Source of the DNA: Candidatus Aenigmatarchaeota archaeon
GTDB taxonomy: Archaea > Aenigmatarchaeota > Aenigmatarchaeia > Aenigmatarchaeales > Aenigmatarchaeaceae
Length of the DNA stretch: 45,163 nucleotides
Reading direction: 5' to 3'
Assembly: GCA_043814985.1 (NCBI GenBank)
Contig: JBDRJK010000015.1
Location: forward strand, 1 to 45,163
Part shown: positions 39,341 to 45,163 of the stretch, one piece after another
How the letters are laid out: each line of letters begins with the position of its first letter
How positions within the stretch are numbered: position 1 is the first letter of the stretch
Translations under genes and position numbers: made by a program
Notes under the pieces: generated by a model
What the model was told of the DNA's origin: nothing
Seen by the model: the letters and a program-made list of their open reading frames with translations, nothing else
Databases searched by the model: none

Positions 39341-40081
39341 TCACTCCAATAGAAGAACCAAAAACATTACTCCTATGCCGGCAATCATCATTATCAACTG
39401 TATTAACGACTTTTTAGATTCTGTTTCCTTGTGAAGCTCTGGAATTAAATCCGAGGAAGCAATATACACAAAGCTGCCAATAGTGAAAGGCAAGAGAAAT
39501 GATGTCAAGCCAGAGACAAAGGATCCTAAGACTAGGGCCGTCACTGTACCTAAGACGGCAGTCAAGGCTGTGAGGAAATTCATCAGCAATGCCCTCTTTC
39601 TCTTGAACCCGCCGTGCATCAGAACCCCGAAGTCGCCGATCTCCTGTGGTATCTCGTGCAAAGCAACTGCCATCGTGGTTGCAATGCCCACATTGATTGA
39701 TGTCAGAAAGCTAGAGCCTATTATCATGCCGTCTATGAAGTTGTGAACACCATCACCCACCAGGTTCATCAAAGCGAACGGGTGCGGATGGTCCCTTGAA
39801 GTCGGCACGTGGCAGTGCCTCCAGTGGATGAACTTTTCAATAATGAACGAAACAATTATGCCGAGCATGATAAAGATTGACAAAGACAAACTAGTGTTCA
39901 GTTCTATTGCGATTGGCAATATGTGTATGAAGGCATCACCTAACAAACCGCCGACTGAAAAGCTGACAAGATAGAGAAGAACCTGCTTCAGCCTCTTTTC
40001 CTTTAAAGATATTGTAAACAAACCAATGAAAGAAATAGAGCTTACCAGAAGAACGCTCAGCAAGCTGTAAAGCCAGACCAT
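39341..40081 (-). CDS. ZIP family metal transporter
   Basis: GDAFIHILP, HNFIDG, HEIPQEIGDF, DLIPELH. Confidence 0.95.
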   Translation of the reverse strand: MVWLYSLLSVLLVSSISFIGLFTISLKEKRLKQVLLYLVSFSVGGLLGDAFIHILPIAIELNTSLSLSIFIMLGIIVSFIIEKFIHWRHCHVPTSRDHPHPFALMNLVGDGVHNFIDGMIIGSSFLTSINVGIATTMAVALHEIPQEIGDFGVLMHGGFKRKRALLMNFLTALTAVLGTVTALVLGSFVSGLTSFLLPFTIGSFVYIASSDLIPELHKETESKKSLIQLIMMIAGIGVMFLVLLLE

Positions 40082-40083
40082 GT

Positions 40084-40278
40084 TTATCTTTTGTACTTTG
40101 CTATCTGCTTGTAAGAGTCAACGTGTGTCATAAATAGAGACCTGCAACAGTATCTCTTCAATCCCAATTCATCAAGAACTATTTTTGGATCTTCACCCTG
40201 TTGTATTCTCTTCTGGAATGTTTCCCACAACTGGGCAACAACTTTCCCGCAACTCATGCAACGAACAGGTATGATCAT
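40084..40278 (-). CDS. rpoN: RNA polymerase subunit N (Rpo10)
   Basis: MIIPVRCMSCG...LGLKRYCCR; start at ATG 40278. Confidence 0.97.
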   Translation of the reverse strand: MIIPVRCMSCGKVVAQLWETFQKRIQQGEDPKIVLDELGLKRYCCRSLFMTHVDSYKQIAKYKR

Positions 40279-40282
40279 TTTT

Positions 40283-40699
40283 TCATCTCTTTGACCTTTG
40301 CTTGTGCCTTCTTGGTCCCGCACTGCTCCTAGAAGGCTTGTGAGGCTCGGTTCTCCTCACATCAGCTATCAATAATGACTTATCGTAACTTAAAAACTTT
40401 TCCTTTAATTTTTTGTCATGGCTGACAAGGACCTTTGCTATTGCCTGCCTTACAGCAGCTGCCTGGCCGAATACACCCCCGCCCCTGACATTGATGTTTA
40501 TGTCCAAACTCTTTGCAGCATCCTCACCTATTATGAGGGGCTCCCTTATCATGAGCCTTATTGCCTCTGGCTCGTAGATATCCAAAGACTTTTTGTTTAT
40601 GAAAATGTTTCCAGTGCCCTTCTTGGCAAATGCCCTGGCAACTGCCCTTTTTCTCTTTCCTGTTGCACTGATTTGTTTTTTCTTAACCAAGTTTAGCAC
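40283..40699 (-). CDS. rps9: 30S ribosomal protein uS9
   Basis: GKRKRAVARA, VRGGGVFGQA, C-terminal QRSKR; start uncertain. Confidence 0.96.
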   Translation of the reverse strand: MLNLVKKKQISATGKRKRAVARAFAKKGTGNIFINKKSLDIYEPEAIRLMIREPLIIGEDAAKSLDININVRGGGVFGQAAAVRQAIAKVLVSHDKKLKEKFLSYDKSLLIADVRRTEPHKPSRSSAGPRRHKQRSKR

Positions 40700-41090
40700 C
40701 CATTTTCTTGCATACCTTTTCTAAAGTTATGAACTTGCATGTCAGGTCATCTAGTGTCTTCCCGAATTTCTGTCCTTTCAAGCTATCGGGATTTCCAATA
40801 AAGACTTTGAGCCTTTTTAATGATTTGCTCCCTCTTTCCCTCTTGTAGGGAAGCATTCCCCTAACAGTCCTTCTGAATATCCTGTCAGGATACCTTGGAT
40901 AGAAAGGCCCCTTGTGCGGGTCTCCCTTCTCCCTTTTCTCCTTGAACCTGCTTATCACGGCCTTTGGATTTCCGGAAACAATAATCTTCTCAGAGTTTAT
41001 AACAACTATCTGCTGCCCTTTCAAGAGCTCCTTGGCAACCTTGGCTGCCAGCCTTCCTAGAATTGCGTTCTCTGCATTTACAATCATCAT
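40683..41090 (-). CDS. rpl13: 50S ribosomal protein uL13
   Basis: ILGRLAA, GPFYPRYPDRIFRRTVRGMLP. Confidence 0.97.
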   Translation of the reverse strand: MMIVNAENAILGRLAAKVAKELLKGQQIVVINSEKIIVSGNPKAVISRFKEKREKGDPHKGPFYPRYPDRIFRRTVRGMLPYKRERGSKSLKRLKVFIGNPDSLKGQKFGKTLDDLTCKFITLEKVCKKMGAKLG

Positions 41091-41452
41091 ATCACTATCC
41101 TAACGTCTTTTCCTTTCGGATTAATCTTTATTAGCTCGCTAATTGATAAGGTTTTCCCGCCAGCATTCTGTATTTTCTCGACTGCTGTCATGGAAAAGCT
41201 TGCCGCAGCCACTGTCAAGGACTTCTTCAGTATTCCCGATGACAGGACCTTCCCAGGAACAATGGCTGTCTCCTTGTCCTTACACACCCTGTTCAGTTTT
41301 GATAAACTGACCTCTGGCTTCTGTCTCTTTGATTTCTCCAGTTTATTAGCCAACTCAATCAGGAAGGGTATCTTTTCCTTATAGCCCTGATTGCGGATGT
41401 CTTCTATTAGCTTCTTCATTATGGGATTTGTAGGTCCCGTTCTTTTAGGCAT
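41087..41452 (-). CDS. rpl18e: 50S ribosomal protein eL18
   Basis: TNP, VPGKVLSSG, NPKGKDVRI. Confidence 0.96.
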   Translation of the reverse strand: MPKRTGPTNPIMKKLIEDIRNQGYKEKIPFLIELANKLEKSKRQKPEVSLSKLNRVCKDKETAIVPGKVLSSGILKKSLTVAAASFSMTAVEKIQNAGGKTLSISELIKINPKGKDVRIVI

Positions 41453-41515
41453 GTTAATCTGTTTTATTTCTTAAATTTTTAAAGCTTTCTTATGACAAGC
41501 TTTTGAATAAAAAGG

Positions 41516-41690
41516 TGCGGAGGGCCGGATTTGAACCGACGAACCCACTAAGAGACAGGATATCTCATCTCCAGCAAGTTGCCTTGCCTCAAAACTTAAG
41601 CGTCTGATCTTAAGTATCGCACAGCAATTGTCCTGCGCCTTTGGTCATGTCCGCTCTACGAACATTTTGACCAGACTTGGCTACCTCCGC
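41516..41690 (-). tRNA. tRNA-Leu(UAA) with three introns: 21/22 (41641-41666), 30/31 (41616-41631), 37/38 (41562-41608)
   Basis: Acceptor GCGGAGG/CCTCCGC-A and long variable arm. Three BHBs (central helices GGTC/GACC, CGCA/TGCG, CTTA/TGAG) splice to CAGGA-CT TAA GA-TCCTG. TTTATAAG box upstream. Confidence 0.92.
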
Positions 41691-41758
41691 GTGATTAAAA
41701 AATATGAGAAGAAGCTTATAAATTTGTTATAATCTCTAGAAAATTTAATATTTTTTAA

Positions 41759-42058
41759 TTATTGGGGGAATAATTCAAACGCCTTTCTCGTTAAACAATA
41801 TCTTTTTTCATCGAATTTTTTTAAATATCCTGCTTTTTCCAGTTTCTCAGCAATCTTAGGATCGTTTAGCCTTATAGTACTTCCAGCATAAGTACTAGAA
41901 TGAATAACTGATTCTAAATTGTCTTGTTCTACCAGTTCTTTTAGTGTTTCAAATTCTTCACTACCTATACTAGAAGCCCTAAATTGATAAGCGGTATTTA
42001 ATTTTTCTTCTCCATGTTGTTTTTCTAATTTTTCTAATTCTTTAAGAACATCTTCCAT
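41759..42058 (-). CDS. AT-rich hypothetical protein with a wHTH-like C-terminus
   Basis: EKLEKAGYLKKFDEKRYCLTRKAFELF; lies between rpoD and tRNA-Leu. Confidence 0.65.
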   Translation of the reverse strand: MEDVLKELEKLEKQHGEEKLNTAYQFRASSIGSEEFETLKELVEQDNLESVIHSSTYAGSTIRLNDPKIAEKLEKAGYLKKFDEKRYCLTRKAFELFPQ

Positions 42059-42089
42059 GTTATTATTGTGTAAGAAAAGGGATTTAAGC

Positions 42090-42872
42090 TTATTTTATCT
42101 TCTTGACTTCCTTGCCGAAGTCCTTGATTTTCTTCTTGAGGATGTCCACAGCTTGGTAGATTATGTCTTCAGGCTTCAAACCAGAAACAGATTCTACATC
42201 GAATATGAAGCTTGTCGAGTCGCCCTCGATTTCCAGACTTCCTTTTGGATTGGCGATGTTAACACATTCCTTGCACAAGTCACAATCATTATTAACAGAT
42301 GCTTTGCTGCCACTTATTTTCAAGGCGTTCTTGGAACATACCTTAACACATTCCTCAGGATTAGAAAGCTTGTCAATTATCTTGACTTTAGGGAAATACC
42401 TGTAGGACGCTACAGATGACTGGTACCTTGCATGATCCTTCCCAGTTCCCAAGGATGATGATGCTTCCAGCTTCAGCTTCTGGTCATCAAATAATTCAAC
42501 AATTGGAATGTTGTCATACATGGGCTTCACATCAGGATTGCTTGATTTCATGTCCTTTGTGTAGACAACGCACGGACCCTTCTTGTTTATTGCAAATACC
42601 ACCTCGCACATGGAGCATGTCTTGTCATTGTCATGCTTGTCCCTGAAGTGGAACTTCTTGCTGTCAAAAACCAGCGGTACCAACCCGAGCCTGTGGGCAA
42701 TCAGCTCGTTGTAGAGAACAGAATTGTTTATCATGAAGTCCACATACTCGATTGTTAGTATTGGTATCTCAGACATCATTATCCTTCTAAGAGCGTTCGC
42801 GAACTGAGGGTTGGACTCCTCTAACAAGAATTTTATTTCCGTATCGTTTTTGCTTAATATTTTTACTTTCAA
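42090..42872 (-). CDS. rpoD: RNA polymerase subunit D (Rpo3) with a Cys-rich Fe-S-type insertion
   Basis: FANALRRIMMSEIP, AHRLGLVPL, GKDHARY, CVKVC...CDLCKEC. Confidence 0.97.
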   Translation of the reverse strand: MKVKILSKNDTEIKFLLEESNPQFANALRRIMMSEIPILTIEYVDFMINNSVLYNELIAHRLGLVPLVFDSKKFHFRDKHDNDKTCSMCEVVFAINKKGPCVVYTKDMKSSNPDVKPMYDNIPIVELFDDQKLKLEASSSLGTGKDHARYQSSVASYRYFPKVKIIDKLSNPEECVKVCSKNALKISGSKASVNNDCDLCKECVNIANPKGSLEIEGDSTSFIFDVESVSGLKPEDIIYQAVDILKKKIKDFGKEVKKIK

Positions 42873-42920
42873 GTTATCACTTAGTAAAGATTGTTACCAT
42901 TACTTATTAATTTTCTCTTT

Positions 42921-43331
42921 TTAAATCCTTCTTCCTCTTCTGCCGCCCTTAGATTTCATAAAACCATGTCCCAACGGTGTCACGTCCTCTATTCTTCCTA
43001 TTCTCATGCCAGCCCTTGCTAAAGCCCTTATGGCTGGCTGCGCGCCTGCACCTGGGTTTTTGGACTTTATGCCACCAGGAGCCCTGACCTTGATGTGAAC
43101 TGCATTAATTCCCTTCTCCAAAGAAGTTTCTGCAGCCTTTAATGCTGCACGCAGGGCAGGATAAGGTGATCCTCCTTCCCTGTCCTTGTCAGTCATCATT
43201 CCTGCTGAGAACCTTGCTACTATCTCAGCCCCGGTTATGTCAGTTATAGTTATAATCGTATTATTAGATGAACTAAATATGTGGGCCACGCCCCACTTCA
43301 GGTTTTCGCTAGGACTTCTCAATTTTAACAC
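42921..43331 (-). CDS. rps11: 30S ribosomal protein uS11
   Basis: [34 protein letters not shown]. Confidence 0.97.
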   Translation of the reverse strand: MLKLRSPSENLKWGVAHIFSSSNNTIITITDITGAEIVARFSAGMMTDKDREGGSPYPALRAALKAAETSLEKGINAVHIKVRAPGGIKSKNPGAGAQPAIRALARAGMRIGRIEDVTPLGHGFMKSKGGRRGRRI

Positions 43332-43797
43332 CTTTCACCTTACTTTTTTCATAAAAGCTTATCGTGTTCTCTTCTGCTAACGGAACAATCATGCTTGGCC
43401 ACCTTATCTTCCTGCCGTCAACAGATATGTGGCCGTGAACAATGAACTGCCTTGCCTGCTTCGGGGTTGTTGCCAGACCTTTCCTTAACACCAAAGTCTG
43501 CAACCTTCTCTCAAGAAGTTTTTCAGTTGTCAAAGCCAAAACATCATCCAAGTCATCGCCATTATTGACCAAGCCCATCTTGAAGAGCTTGTCTAAAAGT
43601 ATCTTTTCATTTTCCTTGTTAGCGGTAGCTGCAAGGTTTCTTGCTATTCTTCTGTAATTCCTAAGTATTGACTCCATTTTCCATATCTCCTTTTTCCTTC
43701 TCAAACCATAATCCTGGGATATTTTCCTTTCTTCTTCTAACCTTGTCTTGTCCCAAGGTTTTAATGGATTTTCAAATTTTTTCCTTGATTTTTTCAT
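43309..43797 (-). CDS. rps4: 30S ribosomal protein uS4
   Basis: [30 protein letters not shown]. Confidence 0.97.
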   Translation of the reverse strand: MKKSRKKFENPLKPWDKTRLEEERKISQDYGLRRKKEIWKMESILRNYRRIARNLAATANKENEKILLDKLFKMGLVNNGDDLDDVLALTTEKLLERRLQTLVLRKGLATTPKQARQFIVHGHISVDGRKIRWPSMIVPLAEENTISFYEKSKVKGVKIEKS

Positions 43798-43801
43798 TCA
43801 A

Positions 43802-43951
43802 TCACACAAAATCATCAGTTATACTCTCATAACATGATTTACATAAATGCCATTTTTTTGTCATGTCATCATCATCTGGCGGAGAGAATAATATTCCCCC
43901 GAATTCTTTCAATTCGTTATCACATTTACTACATACTGGTTTTATTGCCAT
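43802..43951 (-). CDS. 49-aa zinc-finger protein (below the ORF-track cutoff)
   Basis: Hand translation MAIKPVCSKCDNELKEFGGILFSPPDDDDMTKKWHLCKSCYESITDDFV*; fills the rps13-rps4 gap with 4-nt spacers on both sides. Confidence 0.8.
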   Translation of the reverse strand: MAIKPVCSKCDNELKEFGGILFSPPDDDDMTKKWHLCKSCYESITDDFV

Positions 43952-43955
43952 TCAA

Positions 43956-44618
43956 TCACTTTTTACCTTTACCGCCCTTTGCTGCCGGAACTGCTTTTGC
44001 TGGAGCTGCCTTTGCAGGTGCCTTTGTTCCTGTTGCCTTGGGCGCCTCTTTCCTAGCCAACTTTCTATCTTCCTTCTTCTTTGCAACGCCAACAGCTCTT
44101 CCGCCCCTGAAGCTTGTTCTTGTCCTCTGCCCTCTTACAGGCAATCCCAACTCATGTCTGGTTCCCTTGTAGCAACGCATCTTCCTCATTGCATCAATAT
44201 CAGATTTGACAGTTAATTTTAATTGTGAACTGACTAGGTGCATGTCCTCCCCTGTAACAGGGTCCATTCTCCTGTTAATCATGTGCCTTGGTATGCCGTA
44301 GTTCAAAGGGTTCCTCATGATGTCATCCAGTTTCTTAATTTGTTCTTCGTTCAGGCTCCCCAGATATGCATCAGGATCCAGACCAGAAGAAATAACAACA
44401 GCAGATGCCAGAGTCTTTCCAATGCCCTTGACTCTTATCAGGGAGTTTTTCAGCTTCTTGTTTCCATCAATATCAACTTCCGCAATCCTAACAATACCCC
44501 TGACGCCCTCTATAATCTTTTTGACCTTCTTCTCTTTAACAACTTCCTTCTTCTTCAAAAAGCCCTTCTTGGCATCTTTCTTGTCCCCTTTCGGGTCTTT
44601 TACTTTAGTTACTCCCAT
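43956..44618 (-). CDS. rps13: 30S ribosomal protein uS13 with Lys-rich terminal extensions
   Basis: VKGIG, YKGTRHELGLPVRGQRTRT. Confidence 0.97.
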   Translation of the reverse strand: MGVTKVKDPKGDKKDAKKGFLKKKEVVKEKKVKKIIEGVRGIVRIAEVDIDGNKKLKNSLIRVKGIGKTLASAVVISSGLDPDAYLGSLNEEQIKKLDDIMRNPLNYGIPRHMINRRMDPVTGEDMHLVSSQLKLTVKSDIDAMRKMRCYKGTRHELGLPVRGQRTRTSFRGGRAVGVAKKKEDRKLARKEAPKATGTKAPAKAAPAKAVPAAKGGKGKK

Positions 44619-44763
44619 TAAACCACTTTTTTGATTATGAGAACCAATGTTTATAAATCTTATTTCTGGGAAGACTTTTGGTAAAATAAGCTAAACCAAC
44701 AGCTTTATCATTCGGATAGATATGACTATTCAACGAATACCACTAAAAAATTGAGGTGAAAAA

Positions 44764-45163
44764 ATGAGAATTGACAAAAAAATTGGAAGGATTAGGGCAA
44801 TGGAAAACTCAGAGCCACTGGTGAGATTCTACGAAGAAAGGAAGACCAATGGCTGTGGCAAGAATACCTTATGGAATTATTTGAATGTCTTGGGTAAGCT
44901 ATTGGAAGAAGCTAACAAGCCATTTGAATCAATGACAAAAGAGGACATTATCAAGTTCTTGGATAGGGACATAAAGGAATCTTCGAAGAACACGTGGAAG
45001 GTACAAATAAAGTCCTTCTTCAAGTGGCTGGGACAAGAGGAAAAGACCAAGTGGATTGAGAAAACCAGAGTGAAAAACAGGCTGACAAGGGAAGACCTCT
45101 TGAGTCCGAAGGAAATAAACCAGACGCTCAAGCAGACCAAGAACTCTAGGAGCAGGGCAATGG
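44764..45163 (+). CDS. Second tyrosine recombinase/integrase, N-terminal part (runs off the window)
   Basis: Not in ORF track; GAGGTGA upstream. Translation MRIDKKIGR...KPFESMTKEDIIKFL...IKSFFKWL...LTREDLLSPKEINQTLKQTKNSRSRAM parallels IRKFYRWM...KPEDILTEEEIKRMIESTKDPRNKAI of 7213-8454. Catalytic residues lie beyond the window. Confidence 0.8.
   Translation, partial: MRIDKKIGRIRAMENSEPLVRFYEERKTNGCGKNTLWNYLNVLGKLLEEANKPFESMTKEDIIKFLDRDIKESSKNTWKVQIKSFFKWLGQEEKTKWIEKTRVKNRLTREDLLSPKEINQTLKQTKNSRSRAM

Noticed and set aside
40279..40323. Longer rpoN start given in the ORF track
   Set aside because: It overlaps rps9; Rpo10 proteins start at MIIPVRC.
41587..41593. Alternative GAG anticodon for the tRNA-Leu (TTGAGG inside intron 3)
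   Set aside because: No BHB places it in the anticodon loop, whereas three BHBs give an exact 7-nt UAA loop.
44877..45140. Minus-strand 87-aa ORF and the many other short opposite-strand ORFs in the track
   Set aside because: They are antisense shadows of well-supported genes (here the plus-strand integrase) and show no motifs of their own.

Overview
Archaeal chromosome window. The eS1, eL18, Rpo3/7/10, Spt4, aRF1, Taw1 and Bud32 genes and the BHB tRNA introns are archaeal; compact genes and the surface-protein style suggest a DPANN lineage (inference). Bases 1-~8480 are an integrated element, truncated on the left, carrying a tyrosine integrase, a Prim-Pol/SF3 primase-helicase, small RHH and Zn-finger ORFs, and a type I restriction-modification locus with a wHTH-HsdM-half-HsdS fusion. 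The rest is mostly housekeeping DNA: PIN-hppA-ppa-rpoE'-spt4, tatD, aRF1, valS, bud32, rps15-DHH-rps3Ae, SRP RNA, taw1, and the rps13-rps4-rps11-rpoD-tRNA-Leu-rpl18e-rpl13-rps9-rpoN cluster. AT-rich orphan genes are interspersed and a second integrase starts at the right edge. Four tRNAs were read by hand: Ala(CGC) without intron, Ile(GAU) with a 30/31 intron, Pro(GGG) with a 37/38 intron, and Leu(UAA) with three introns. The best candidate for an undescribed system is two free-standing double-motif LAGLIDADG endonuclease genes, each abutting an intron-containing tRNA gene, one ending inside the tRNA. Other highlights are a catalytically degenerate soluble PPase behind a membrane H+-PPase, a 12-bp-phased GTAC array, a promoter motif shared 39 kb apart, a 49-aa Zn-finger ORF inside the ribosomal operon, and an SRP RNA with a reduced helix 6. 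All family calls are by-eye motif recognition; no database searches were run.
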